From positions 1-38,224 of the IMG/VR virus record IMGVR_UViG_2541047899_000010: a stretch of DNA of 38,224 nucleotides. One strand, written 5' to 3'. This document shows, piece by piece, positions 13,783 through 23,419 of the stretch. Below the pieces are notes generated by a model. It was given only the letters and a program-made list of their open reading frames with translations. It was not told the origin of the DNA and did not search any database. Numbering within the stretch: position 1 is the stretch's first letter; each line of letters starts with the position of its first letter. A program made the translations under genes and the position numbers. Source of the stretch: a virus (lineage: Duplodnaviria > Heunggongvirae > Uroviricota > Caudoviricetes).

Positions 13783-15533
13783 CAGAACTCCATAACCGTG
13801 AAACGCTCGTTTTCTCCTTCGCCGCCAATTGGTTCGTTAATGACAGCAAGCATGGTTGCCCACGCAAGGTCGCCGTGGCTGATCCCCCTCGCGCGGTCCG
13901 TTTCGTAAGTGATAAAGCCGCCCGGTGTTTTCACCTTACGCACGGCGTTAAAGGCCGCGACCAGCTCGCGTTCGGCGCGATCGTATTCCCACCGTCCGGC
14001 ACGCATTATTTGCAGCATTTTCAGTACCAGCGACCGTTTGGATGACAGCGTGAAGGTGTACGGAATAGCAGCAGGGAAAAACCGCTTCACTATCTGATAA
14101 ACAGCCTCCCCGTTCCCGCCCGTCACATCAATGCCGATGTGTTCCACGTTGTAGCGACACGTGAACTCTTCAATGACTCTGGCCTGTTCTTCAAACTCCA
14201 GCCCCTGAACGCGTCGCGTCTCCACCGTTCGAAAACGGCCACCAGGAACAGCCGGAGGAACCACCACGGACACAGCGCCGCTGTCGCCGTTGCCACTGCT
14301 GCCGTTTGCGTCATACCCAATCCATACCGGACGATTCCCCATCGGGCGGGGAGCAAAAGGTTTCCAGTCTTTCCAGTCGTCGTATCCGTCAACACCGCAG
14401 CCAATCAGGATATTCAGGTTAAATGCCGATTCCCCTTCGCGGACAAACTCACACATATAGAGATTGAGGAACTCGTCTTCGGTGTTTTCATCACGAATTT
14501 CGTCGATATCGGTGTGTTTCCAGCCGTGTTTAACCACATCTTCCAGCGTGACAATTTGCCGCCACGTCCGGTCAGGGCAGATAAGCCCGTTATGCAGCGT
14601 TTTCCAGTCCACAGAAAAACGCTGGCGTTTATGCGTGGCCTTTTTCTCGTTCCAGCGGTCGCCGTTCCAGTAGGCGTATGCCTCGTGCGTTTCGGTGGAT
14701 GGCGTGGAGAAGTAGGTGCGCCGCAGTCCGCTGAGGGTTGCCATAGCGCCAGCCACCTTGCGCAGTTCAGCAAAGCGACTGACCCAGAAAAATTCATCAA
14801 AATAAAAATTGCCCGTATAGGACTGTGCCGACGCAGCAGAAGTGCCGAGAAAATGCAGCTCTGCGCCGTTGGAGAGGATGATTTTATCGCCCCCTTTCAG
14901 CTCCACATCAACTTCAGCCGCGGCCTTCTGAATAATGCTTTTAAACTGGAACGCCTGACGACGCGACGCAGACAAAAAAATCTGGTTACGCTGGTAAGGT
15001 TGCGCCACATCGTCACGCAGCGCCATCAGCAGAGCTTCCTGTGCAAAATACCAGGTCGCCCCAATCTGTCGGGATTTCAGGATCATCCTGTTACGTATCC
15101 CGGCTTCCCTGCAAAGGGTCAGGGAGTCAAACCAGCCCCGCTGATGCCACTCCAGCCTGCTGATGATTTTTTCCCGCAGTGCGGCAATCTGTTCCGGCGT
15201 GAAATGATTTTTGAGTTTTTTCGCCCGGCCTTTCTTTCCTGTGGCCGTCGCATCCGGCTGGCCATCATGCAGTTTTTTAAGCTGCCGGGTCAGCAGGTCT
15301 ATTTCCTTGAAGTCACCACCTGTTTTATTCTGTTTTTCAGTGAGCTGGATGAGGCGCGCATCGATGGACTGCGTGACACGCTGCACGGGTGGCGTTTCAT
15401 CCCACTGGTCGCGTTTTTTCCACGCATAAATCGTGTTCGGGTTTATTCCCATCAGACGTGATATTTCTGCGGGCGGATAACCCTGCCAGTAAAGTTGCCG
15501 CGCACGCTGGCGCACAAAAGCGTCCTGAATCAT
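13782..15533 (-). CDS. P: Terminase large (ATPase) subunit (P2 gpP-like)
   Basis: 583 aa with GGGGGAG upstream of the ATG. Divergent from O across a 154-bp region, which is the P2 PP/PO arrangement. Confidence 0.85.
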   Translation of the reverse strand: MIQDAFVRQRARQLYWQGYPPAEISRLMGINPNTIYAWKKRDQWDETPPVQRVTQSIDARLIQLTEKQNKTGGDFKEIDLLTRQLKKLHDGQPDATATGKKGRAKKLKNHFTPEQIAALREKIISRLEWHQRGWFDSLTLCREAGIRNRMILKSRQIGATWYFAQEALLMALRDDVAQPYQRNQIFLSASRRQAFQFKSIIQKAAAEVDVELKGGDKIILSNGAELHFLGTSAASAQSYTGNFYFDEFFWVSRFAELRKVAGAMATLSGLRRTYFSTPSTETHEAYAYWNGDRWNEKKATHKRQRFSVDWKTLHNGLICPDRTWRQIVTLEDVVKHGWKHTDIDEIRDENTEDEFLNLYMCEFVREGESAFNLNILIGCGVDGYDDWKDWKPFAPRPMGNRPVWIGYDANGSSGNGDSGAVSVVVPPAVPGGRFRTVETRRVQGLEFEEQARVIEEFTCRYNVEHIGIDVTGGNGEAVYQIVKRFFPAAIPYTFTLSSKRSLVLKMLQIMRAGRWEYDRAERELVAAFNAVRKVKTPGGFITYETDRARGISHGDLAWATMLAVINEPIGGEGENERFTVMEF

Positions 15534-15687
15534 TGCTCCCCCTGAGTAATTACAGGAAGATTACCCGCGCGCGAAACTGTTCTCCTTAACCCCCTGTTCT
15601 GGCCGTTTTCTTACAACAAAAGCCCTTTGTATCAGCCTGTTACGCTTTGCCATCATGACTGAAGAACCAGTCAGAGGGGCAAAAACT

Positions 15688-16524
15688 ATGGCTAATGAAA
15701 AAAAGACATCCCGCAAAAAGTTTCGCGTGGCTGTCTCCGGTGTAACGGCAGACGGGCGCGAAATCAACGGCGACATGCTGAAAGCTGCCGCCACCAGTTA
15801 TAACCCGTCCGTTTATGGTGCACGTGTGAATATTGAGCACATCCTGTCACCACTCCCCGGTAGCGAGTTTTCCGCTATGGGCGATGTTGTGGGGTTGAGC
15901 ACCGAAGACATAACCGATGGCCCGCTGGCAGGTCGCACGGCACTGTATGCCGAAATTGAGCCGACCGCTCGCATGATGTCCCTGCTTAACGATGGTAAAA
16001 AAATTTACTCCAGTATTGAGCTGGAACCACAGTCAACCATCACGGGAGGCCCTTACCTGCGCGGGCTGGCAATGACCGACACCCCCGCCAGCCTGGGCAC
16101 GGAACGTCTGGCCTTTGCGGCACAACAACGTATGCAACTGATGACATTCAACTGTCAGCAGGGAGACGTGGCGATGTTTACCGCCGCTATGGAGTCAGAA
16201 CTTATCGAACTCACCGAACAACGTCAGGAAGAAGGCACCCAGTGGTTTAACCGCGTTATGGGGATTATTGGCCGTGGCCGCAAAGCGGATGACGCCAGTT
16301 TCTCCCGTATTCAGGAAGCGGTGGAAGGTGTCGCAACGTCACAGGCCGACATTATCGACCGTTTTAATGTGCTGGAAACCCGCCATCAGCAGGACAGCCA
16401 GAAAATCACTTTACTGACCACAGAGCTGGCAGCACTAAAGGAAAAACTGCGCACGCAGGACGGCGATCCGCAGAATCGGTTCACCGCAACGGGCGCAGCC
16501 TCCGACCAGCTGGCTGACTTCTGA
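15688..16524 (+). CDS. O: Capsid scaffolding protein (P2 gpO-like)
   Basis: ATG at 15688 preceded by GAGGGG. MANEKKTSRKKFRVAVSGVT... and GLAMTDTPASLGTERL recalled as matching P2 O (...LAVTDDPASLGTEYL...). Confidence 0.85.
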   Translation: MANEKKTSRKKFRVAVSGVTADGREINGDMLKAAATSYNPSVYGARVNIEHILSPLPGSEFSAMGDVVGLSTEDITDGPLAGRTALYAEIEPTARMMSLLNDGKKIYSSIELEPQSTITGGPYLRGLAMTDTPASLGTERLAFAAQQRMQLMTFNCQQGDVAMFTAAMESELIELTEQRQEEGTQWFNRVMGIIGRGRKADDASFSRIQEAVEGVATSQADIIDRFNVLETRHQQDSQKITLLTTELAALKEKLRTQDGDPQNRFTATGAASDQLADF

Positions 16525-16547
16525 TAAGACAAAGGAGCAAATTTTTT

Positions 16548-17600
16548 ATGAATCTGGTGATGTCAGATATTACCCGCAACAAGCTGGGTTGCTATATGGC
16601 GCAGCAGGCGTCGCTTAACAATATCCCGGTTTCCGCACTGGTATCGCGATTTACCGTGGAACCCTCGGTACAGCAGCGTTTTGAAAACGCCTCAAAGGAA
16701 AGCACCGAATTTACAAAAAGAATTAACGTGATCGGCGTGACCGACCAGAAAGGCGAAAAAATCCTCCTGGATACCACCGGGCCGATTGCGCGCACGAATA
16801 CCAGTTATGACGGCACAAAACGCCGTAACCCGAATAACGTGGTTGATCTGAAAAACCGCAAATACCAGTGCGAACAGGTGAACTACGACACGTTTATTTC
16901 GTATCCGCAGCTTGATGCCTGGTCGGCACACCCTGATTTTCAGTCCCGCATCAGCGCACAGATTGCCCGACAGGTGGCGCTTGACCGCATCATGATCGGT
17001 TTCAACGGCACGTCTCACGCGGATGAGTCCAACTTCAGCACCAACAAGCTGCTTCAGGACGTTAACGTGGGATGGCTGGAGCACATCAGAACCGACGCCA
17101 GCGAACGCGTTATGAATGACGTGACGCTGACCTCCCGCAACATGGACAACACCGTGGCGCACGCGGGTAAGTATGCGAACGCTGATGCACTGGTACAGGA
17201 CGCGCGTTCATCCCTGCTGGATGAATGGCACAAGGAAGCTGACGACCTCGTGGTGATTATGGGGCGCAACCTGTTTAACTCGCTGCGTCTGCCCGTGCTG
17301 AACAGCATCAGCGGCCAGAATCCCAATGCGGAATTACTCGCCGGGCAGCTCATCCTGTCATCGCGCACCATTGGCGGGCTGGGCGTGTTCCTTGCGCCGT
17401 TCTTCCCGGATGCAACGATGCTGATCACCTCGTTCAACAACCTGTCGATTTACTGGCAGAAAGGTTCAATGCGTCGCCTGATGAAAGACGAGCCGGAATA
17501 CAACCGCATCGCCACCTACCAGTCCATCAATGACGCTTATGTCGTTGAAGACTATGGCAAGTGCGCGATGGTCACTGGCCTGAAGTTCGCCGACAGCTAA
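16548..17600 (+). CDS. N: Major capsid protein (P2 gpN-like)
   Basis: 350 aa with AAAGGAG upstream; position between O and M. Confidence 0.85.
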   Translation: MNLVMSDITRNKLGCYMAQQASLNNIPVSALVSRFTVEPSVQQRFENASKESTEFTKRINVIGVTDQKGEKILLDTTGPIARTNTSYDGTKRRNPNNVVDLKNRKYQCEQVNYDTFISYPQLDAWSAHPDFQSRISAQIARQVALDRIMIGFNGTSHADESNFSTNKLLQDVNVGWLEHIRTDASERVMNDVTLTSRNMDNTVAHAGKYANADALVQDARSSLLDEWHKEADDLVVIMGRNLFNSLRLPVLNSISGQNPNAELLAGQLILSSRTIGGLGVFLAPFFPDATMLITSFNNLSIYWQKGSMRRLMKDEPEYNRIATYQSINDAYVVEDYGKCAMVTGLKFADS

Positions 17601-17645
17601 TCAACTCACGGCGGGCATCATGCCCGCCAGTAACGGAGAGAACAA

Positions 17646-18446
17646 ATGATTACTCCTGCACAGCAACACTGGCAGAACGTGATGGCACAGCGCGCAGGCC
17701 GGGCGAATGAAGGCGTGGACCACGCCGCGCGTACCGCGCATGAAGAGGTGCTGTATCGTCTGCGTCTGGCACAGGCCCGGCTTAAGGGCGTACAGGCCAG
17801 AAGCGCGAAAGCCGCCATCAAAAAAGAGTTGTTGCCGGATTTTTCCGGCTGGATTGAGGGAACGCTGGAGGCTGACGGCGGGCAGCAGGATGAAGTGATT
17901 GCCACGCTGATGGTGTGGGCGATTGACTGTGGCGATCTTCCGCTTGCGCTGCGTATCGGCGCGTATGTGGTCCGTCACAACCTCATCATGCCGGATAACT
18001 TTGGCCGTACTGCTGCCACGGTACTGACCGAAGAAATCTGTAATCCGGTACTGACGCAGGCCGGGACGGATGCCGACGCGGATTTGTCCGCCTTTATCGA
18101 ACCACTGGACACCCTCCGGGAGATTGTCACCGACCAGGACATGCCGGACGAAGTGCGCGCCAAATTATGCAAGGCGTGCGCCTTTGCCCGCCGTGGCCTG
18201 AGTGATGCGGACAGCATGGCCCTGTCACTGAAGCTGCTGCGCGAAGCAATGCACCTGAACCCGAACGCAGGTGTGAAACGCGAGATTGCAACCCTTTCCC
18301 GCGCCCTGAAAAAAGCCGATTCCGCAGCCGCACCAGAAGACGCCAGCGCACAGCAGGCGCAGGACGAAAGCAGCAAAAGTAAAAAGACAACGCGGAAGCC
18401 TGCGACACGAAAAACCACCGCGACGCAGAAGGCGAAGCGCGGTTAA
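17646..18446 (+). CDS. M: Terminase small (endonuclease) subunit (P2 gpM-like)
   Basis: 266 aa. MITPAQQHW... and ...DMPDEVRAKL... recalled as matching P2 M. Basic K/R-rich C-terminus. Confidence 0.85.
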   Translation: MITPAQQHWQNVMAQRAGRANEGVDHAARTAHEEVLYRLRLAQARLKGVQARSAKAAIKKELLPDFSGWIEGTLEADGGQQDEVIATLMVWAIDCGDLPLALRIGAYVVRHNLIMPDNFGRTAATVLTEEICNPVLTQAGTDADADLSAFIEPLDTLREIVTDQDMPDEVRAKLCKACAFARRGLSDADSMALSLKLLREAMHLNPNAGVKREIATLSRALKKADSAAAPEDASAQQAQDESSKSKKTTRKPATRKTTATQKAKRG

Positions 18447-18547
18447 CGACTGACCCCGTCAGCGGGCGGCGTGCGCGGTGTTCCGGTTTGACTCCGTGAC
18501 CGTTTACACCGCGCACCCACCGCCCGATTTTTTCAGGAGTGAACCCC

Positions 18548-19042
18548 ATGAGTATGGTTGCCAGAACCAACCCCGGACCCGCAGAGGACGACATCACCGA
18601 TACCGATGATGGTGATACCCGTATTTCAGCGGGTGCATTCTGGCCGGATATTGTGCTGCGTGAACTGCGTCTGGCGGTACGACTGCCGGGCCGTGTGACC
18701 ACCTCCCGCCTGCTGCATACCGCCACCGGGGCCGTGGCACACGTTACCCGCGAGCTGGAAGCGTGGCAGCAGGAACAGCAGGCGGCTGGCCATCAGACGC
18801 TGGCCGATGTTCCGGCACCCGTAATTAACGGAGAAAGCGTCAATCTCTGGCACTGGCGCAATGCGGTTTACACCGCCACACGCGCCCTGATTCTGGAGCG
18901 TTACCGCGATGCGGACACAACGGACAAGGGCGACCGCCGGGCGGACGCACTGGATATACAGACATCGGATTTGTGGCGCGATGTGAGCTGGGCCATCTCT
19001 GACATTCTGTGCCGCCCGCGAATCTTTGCGGAGTTGTGCTGA
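18548..19042 (+). CDS. L: Head completion/stabilisation protein (P2 gpL-like)
   Basis: ATG at 18548 has AGGAG 8 nt upstream; about 164 aa; position between M and X. Confidence 0.75.
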   Translation: MSMVARTNPGPAEDDITDTDDGDTRISAGAFWPDIVLRELRLAVRLPGRVTTSRLLHTATGAVAHVTRELEAWQQEQQAAGHQTLADVPAPVINGESVNLWHWRNAVYTATRALILERYRDADTTDKGDRRADALDIQTSDLWRDVSWAISDILCRPRIFAELC

Positions 19043-19242
19043 TGAAAGTGAAGGCACTGGAAGGCGACACCGTGGATTCGCTCTGTTTCCGGTACTACGG
19101 CACGACGCAGGGCGTCACCGAAAAGGTGCTGGATACCAACCCCGGACTCTGTCAGCAGGTATTTCTGGACGCCGGGCAGGAAGTGGAGATGCCGGAGCCG
19201 GAGAAGAAGAAACGAGAAATGATTCAGTTGTGGGGGGAGTAG
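19042..19242 (+). CDS. X: Tail protein X (P2 gpX-like)
   Basis: 66 aa. MKVKALEGDTVDSLCFRYYGTTQGV...NPGL recalled as matching P2 X (MKTFALQGDTLDAICVRYYG...). Start overlaps the L stop. Confidence 0.85.
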   Translation: MKVKALEGDTVDSLCFRYYGTTQGVTEKVLDTNPGLCQQVFLDAGQEVEMPEPEKKKREMIQLWGE

Positions 19243-19244
19243 CA

Positions 19245-19568
19245 GTGAGCACCATTCAAACAGGGATCACAGAGCAGGTTATTGCGTGGCTCTTTGACCA
19301 CCTGCCAACGGTGTATGCAGTAGGCGCGGCGGTCAGCATTTCCGCGCTGATGAGTCTTTATGACGGACGAACACTGGTTCAGACCGTAACGGGATCGCTG
19401 GCGTGCGGCGTTCTTGCCATGGCCGTGGCCGGGTCGTTGCGCTTCTTCGGGTTTCCTGAAGATGCCGTGACGTTTATCGGCGCATCAATCGGTTTTATGG
19501 GCGCAGAGAAAGCACGCGACAAGGTTATTGCGGCCTTTAATCGCAGGGTGAAGGAGAAGGACGAATGA
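19245..19568 (+). CDS. Holin (gpY position)
   Basis: GTG start preceded by TGGGGGGAG; 107 aa with three hydrophobic segments. The longer ORF from 19026 overlaps X out of frame and is rejected. Confidence 0.6.
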   Translation: MSTIQTGITEQVIAWLFDHLPTVYAVGAAVSISALMSLYDGRTLVQTVTGSLACGVLAMAVAGSLRFFGFPEDAVTFIGASIGFMGAEKARDKVIAAFNRRVKEKDE

Positions 19569-19957
19569 GCAACACATTTAAATTCAGCAGCCGGAGCGAA
19601 AAGAATTTGCAGGGCGTAAATCCTGATCTGGTGAAAGTGACCCGACGGGCACTGGAAATTTCGGAAGTGGATTTTGGTATCACCGAAGGGTTGCGCAGCC
19701 GTTACCGCCAGAAGCAACTGGTGGCCACGGGTAAGAGCCAGACCATGAACAGCCGCCACCTTACGGGACATGCCGTGGATGTTGTGGCTTATATCGGCAG
19801 CCAGGTGTCATGGGAATGGCCGCTGTACGAAAAAATCGCAGCAGCATTCAGACAGGCCAGCCGGGAACTGAATATTCCGGTGGAATGGGGCGGCGACTGG
19901 AAGACCCTGAAAGACGGACCGCATTTTCAGTTACCACACGGAGCCTATCCGGCATGA
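19565..19957 (+). CDS. Endolysin, L-alanyl-D-glutamate peptidase (Peptidase_M15-type)
   Basis: 130 aa; ATGA-coupled to the holin. Zinc-ligand-like H/D/H spacing (SRH..DVV...GPHFQL) resembles T5-type M15 endolysins, not the P2 K lysozyme fold. Confidence 0.7.
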   Translation: MSNTFKFSSRSEKNLQGVNPDLVKVTRRALEISEVDFGITEGLRSRYRQKQLVATGKSQTMNSRHLTGHAVDVVAYIGSQVSWEWPLYEKIAAAFRQASRELNIPVEWGGDWKTLKDGPHFQLPHGAYPA

Positions 19958-20361
19958 AGCTCTGGCCCACGCTGGGTGTCGCTTTCCTTCTGATTGCCGC
20001 ATGGGGAACATCCATGCGCCTGTCGTGGTCGCTGGGCCGGGAGAACGCCAGAAACGAAGCGCAGGCCAGCGCCCTGAAAAGTACCGTCGACACCCTGAAT
20101 ATCATCAGCACCGGGGTGCAGGATATGCAGCAGGTGCTGGCGCAACTCCGCGTGGAAAATCAGCAACGCAATCAGGACGGAGAGGCCAGACGTGAACAGC
20201 TACGCAACGATATTGCAAAAGATGAATGCGCCCACGCTTTGCCTGACGCTCGTTTTACTGACAGGTTGCGCAGGCACGCAGAACGCGCCACGGCCAGCGC
20301 CGTCAGTCCGGCTTATACCGCAGACGCTGACCATACCGGTAACGCCTCCCCCCTTCCCTGA
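19954..20361 (+). CDS. lysB: LysB-like inner-membrane spanin
   Basis: Internal ATG at 19954 overlaps the endolysin stop (ATGA). N-terminal TM (MKLWPTLGVAFLLIAAWG) then coiled coil. Confidence 0.6.
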   Translation: MKLWPTLGVAFLLIAAWGTSMRLSWSLGRENARNEAQASALKSTVDTLNIISTGVQDMQQVLAQLRVENQQRNQDGEARREQLRNDIAKDECAHALPDARFTDRLRRHAERATASAVSPAYTADADHTGNASPLP

Positions 20362-20512
20362 CTCTCCCACATGGGGAAATCTCGGTATATGGGGCGACCG
20401 CCTTCTGGATGCACTGGAAACCTGTAACACGGATAAACGGGCCATTGAATTACTGGAACAGCGCAGGCTGCAAAGACTGAACAACGAGGACAACAACCAT
20501 GCTGAAAACTGA
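20222..20512 (+). CDS. lysC: LysC-like outer-membrane lipoprotein spanin
   Basis: Begins inside lysB in another frame; signal peptide plus lipobox LLTGC; Pro-rich. Confidence 0.55.
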   Translation: MNAPTLCLTLVLLTGCAGTQNAPRPAPSVRLIPQTLTIPVTPPPFPDSPTWGNLGIWGDRLLDALETCNTDKRAIELLEQRRLQRLNNEDNNHAEN

Positions 20513-20966
20513 TTCCCTGCGTGAAGCCATGACCCGTTCATGCCGATGGTGTCAGGCCAACCCGGAAAAATTCACCATTTTCGTGGAGAGCGGCAACATT
20601 GAAACGACAGGAGAAACCCCATCGTTTGTTTACCGCTATCAGATGGTGATGTTTGTCATGGATTACGCCGGGGAGCTGGACGACCTCACGCTGCCGCTGC
20701 TGGCGTGGTTATCCGAAAATCAGCCACAGTTGTTGCTCAACCCTGAGCGTAATCAGGACATCAAATTCTCCGCCGTTATCAATGACGATGACAGCGCCGA
20801 TCTCCTGTTTACGCTCCCCCTGCGGGAACGCGTTCGCATCACGCGCAGCAGTCAGGGCACACCGCAGGCAGAACACCTGCCGGAGCCAAAACCCCGCCTG
20901 CCATCTTCCGAAGGCGACTGGTCGCATGTATTCCAGGATGTGACGTGGGGTGAAAGCGATGGATAA
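20499..20966 (+). CDS. R: Tail completion protein R (P2 gpR-like)
   Basis: 155 aa, same length as P2 R. MLKTDSLREAMT...FVESGNIETTGE recalled as matching. Confidence 0.8.
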   Translation: MLKTDSLREAMTRSCRWCQANPEKFTIFVESGNIETTGETPSFVYRYQMVMFVMDYAGELDDLTLPLLAWLSENQPQLLLNPERNQDIKFSAVINDDDSADLLFTLPLRERVRITRSSQGTPQAEHLPEPKPRLPSSEGDWSHVFQDVTWGESDG

Positions 20967-21594
20967 GGCATTCACCCGCGTGGATGAAACCTTTGAGGCC
21001 ATCCGCGACAGCCTGAATCAGCAGGCCATCAATAACATCGCCAGAAAGCTGGCACAGGATTTACGCCGCGCCCAGCAGGCGCGTATCCGGTCACAGAAAG
21101 CGCCGGACGGGACCGCGTGGACACCACGCAGACGCCGCGTAACCCGGATACAGGAGCGCATTCGCTTTATCTGGAATAACGAAGCACGCACGCTGAAAAA
21201 CTGGCATCACGACACGGGGAAATACGGGCGAACCATTACCGGGTGGGATGAGGATAAAAACAATATCCGCACGTTTTACCGGGATGACATCGACCGTTTT
21301 CTGGAAATACGCACCCGGCGCATCAACCAGGACAGCACAAAGCGCGTCCCCATGTTCGTAAAACTGCGCACCGCCCGCTACCTGAAAGCCCGTGCAGATG
21401 CTTCCGGTGTGACGGTGGGTTACAGCGGCGTGGCCGCACGTATTGCACGCGTTCATCAGTTCGGTGAGCGCGATCAGGTTGCGCCGGGCATTTTCACCGA
21501 TTACCCGGTACGTGAGCTGCTGGGTATCAGCCAGGCAGATGAGCGCCTGATTTATAACACGGTGCTGGGCCGGATTGCGGAGGCTGTACGGTGA
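20959..21594 (+). CDS. S: Tail completion/virion morphogenesis protein S (gpS-like)
   Basis: ATG at 20959 overlaps the R stop; position between R and V. Longer than P2 S. Confidence 0.65.
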   Translation: MDKAFTRVDETFEAIRDSLNQQAINNIARKLAQDLRRAQQARIRSQKAPDGTAWTPRRRRVTRIQERIRFIWNNEARTLKNWHHDTGKYGRTITGWDEDKNNIRTFYRDDIDRFLEIRTRRINQDSTKRVPMFVKLRTARYLKARADASGVTVGYSGVAARIARVHQFGERDQVAPGIFTDYPVRELLGISQADERLIYNTVLGRIAEAVR

Positions 21595-22172
21595 GCGCAG
21601 AACTCATGCGACTGCTGAGCAATATCATCCGCACCGGGATCATCTCTGAAGTTGATGAGGAATCCTGGTGCGTGCGCGTTCGCAGCGGCGAACTGGAAAC
21701 AGGCTGGTTGCGCTGGAACACCACGCGCGCGGGAGCCTTCAATGTGTGGCTGCCGCCATCACCAGGCGAACAGGTGGTAATTGCCTGCATTGGCGGCAAC
21801 CCGGAAACCGCCATGATAATTGGCAGCCTGTGGAGTGATGCCAGTCCGGCCCCCGGCAAAAGCCTGAAAGAAATCGTGGTCAGCGCGCCGGATGGCGCGG
21901 TGTTCCGCTACGACGCGGACGCAGGCGCACTGAGCGCCAGCGGCATGAAAACGGCCACTTTACAGGCATCCGTCAGCGTGACACTGGACACGCCCGTCGT
22001 GGAATGCACAGACCTTCTGAGAACGGCGACGCTTGACGTCACAAAAGGGGGAAAGATGAGCGGCAATATCACGCACAGCGGCGGCAATTTCACCTCAAAC
22101 GGCATTACCGTGCATACGCATAAACACGGTGGCGTGAAAGGTGGCAGCGATTCGACAGGAGGCCCGCAGTGA
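21591..22172 (+). CDS. V: Baseplate spike/assembly protein V (P2 gpV-like)
   Basis: ...RTGIISEVD..., VVIACIGG and GNITHSGGNFTSNGITVHTHKHGG recalled as matching P2 V (...GNIEHTGGELSSNGKVLHTHKHPG...). GTG start overlapping the S stop; an ATG at 21606 is an alternative. Confidence 0.8.
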   Translation: MSAELMRLLSNIIRTGIISEVDEESWCVRVRSGELETGWLRWNTTRAGAFNVWLPPSPGEQVVIACIGGNPETAMIIGSLWSDASPAPGKSLKEIVVSAPDGAVFRYDADAGALSASGMKTATLQASVSVTLDTPVVECTDLLRTATLDVTKGGKMSGNITHSGGNFTSNGITVHTHKHGGVKGGSDSTGGPQ

Positions 22173-22519
22173 CAACCCGCTACACAGGAATGAACCCGGA
22201 CGGAACGGGAAACCTGAACGAAATGGAGCACCTGAAACAGTCAGTCAGGGACATCCTGACCACCCCGCTGGCAAGCCGGGTTATGCGACGGGAATATGGC
22301 AGCCTTGTGCCTGATTTGATTGACGAACCCATGAATAACACCACGCGTCTGCAATGCATGAGTGCTGCCGTGATTGCGCTGACACGATGGGAACCCCGCA
22401 TTGCCCTGGATGCCATCGACGTTGTCTGGAAAGCGGGAGGCCGCGCCGGGGTGACGCTGTCGGGCACTGTCATGCAGACCATGCAGAATGTTGAATTAAC
22501 CATCACGCTGAGGGAGTAA
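22169..22519 (+). CDS. W: Baseplate wedge protein W (GPW/gp25 family)
   Basis: MTTRYTGMN...VMRREYGSL recalled as matching P2 W (MTARYLGMN...VMRRDYGSL). GTG start overlapping the V stop. Confidence 0.8.
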   Translation: MTTRYTGMNPDGTGNLNEMEHLKQSVRDILTTPLASRVMRREYGSLVPDLIDEPMNNTTRLQCMSAAVIALTRWEPRIALDAIDVVWKAGGRAGVTLSGTVMQTMQNVELTITLRE

Positions 22520-22522
22520 ATC

Positions 22523-23419
22523 ATGCCCGCCGTTGACCTTTCACAATTACCGGAACCCGCCATCATAGCGGAGCCTGACTTTGAGGCAATTCTGGCTGAC
22601 ACAAAGGCCATGATGATTGCGTCCTATCCTGCCGAACAGCGTGAAGCCGTCTCCGCCGCGCTGGAGCTGGAATCGGAACCCCTGAACGTTATCGCTCAAA
22701 CCATGTCTTTTCGTGAAATGCTGTTACGCCAGCGGGTTAACGAGGGCGCACGCGCCTGCATGTTAAGCCACGGTTCAGGGACAAACCTGGACAACCTCGC
22801 GGGCAATATGAACACAAAGCGCCTGGTTATCACTCCGGCAACGGATACCACCGACGCGGTGATGGAGAGCGACACCTCGCTGAGATTGCGGGCGCAGCGG
22901 GCGTACGACGGCCTGAGTGTTGCTGGCCCGTCAGGTGCATACGAGTATTTTGCACGCAGCGCCAGCGGTCTGGTGCGCGATGCGCGAGCTATCAGCCCGT
23001 CTCCGGCCTGTGTGACGGTTTCCATTCTGTCCACTGAAGGCGACGGCACAGCAACGGAGGCGTTGCTTAATACCGTTCGCGCCGTTCTGAATGCAGAGGA
23101 TACCCGCCCGGTGGCCGACCGCCTGACGGTACAGAGCGCCAGAATCGTGACATGGCGGCTGAAGGCAAAACTGTACTTTTATCCCGGCCCGGAATCCGAA
23201 CCTATTCTGGCTGCGGCTGAATCGTCGTTCAGGAAGTGGCTGGCTGAGCAGGGGCTTATCGGTCAGGACGTGGCGTTGTCCGCCATTGCTGCCGCACTGC
23301 ATGTGCACGGTGTGCAACGCGTGGAGATAATCGAACCCACACAGAATATGGCCATCAGCGACATACAGGCGGCGCGCTGTGAGTCATTCACCATCAGCGA
23401 AGGTGGGCGTAATGAGTAA
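22523..23419 (+). CDS. J: Baseplate assembly protein J (P2 gpJ-like)
   Basis: 298 aa; size and position between W and I. Confidence 0.8.
   Translation: MPAVDLSQLPEPAIIAEPDFEAILADTKAMMIASYPAEQREAVSAALELESEPLNVIAQTMSFREMLLRQRVNEGARACMLSHGSGTNLDNLAGNMNTKRLVITPATDTTDAVMESDTSLRLRAQRAYDGLSVAGPSGAYEYFARSASGLVRDARAISPSPACVTVSILSTEGDGTATEALLNTVRAVLNAEDTRPVADRLTVQSARIVTWRLKAKLYFYPGPESEPILAAAESSFRKWLAEQGLIGQDVALSAIAAALHVHGVQRVEIIEPTQNMAISDIQAARCESFTISEGGRNE

Noticed and set aside
14139-15461. 440-aa ORF antisense to the terminase large subunit gene
   Set aside because: Entirely inside and opposite a well-supported conserved gene; composition typical of a GC-rich antisense frame.
15534-15687. Ogr-binding late-promoter boxes (TGT-N12-ACA) in the P/O divergent region, and likewise in the FI/D gap 34176..34332
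   Set aside because: No unambiguous TGT-N12-ACA dyad at the expected spacing. Late promoters are probably present but I could not position them reliably.
17611-17627. Hairpin gcgggca-tca-tgcccgc between N and M as a terminator
   Set aside because: No T-run follows, and N and M are co-transcribed in P2; at most an attenuator or RNA stability element.
19026-19244. N-terminal 73 codons of the 180-aa ORF 19026..19568
   Set aside because: Overlaps X out of frame and has no RBS; the holin is better started at GTG 19245, which has a strong RBS.
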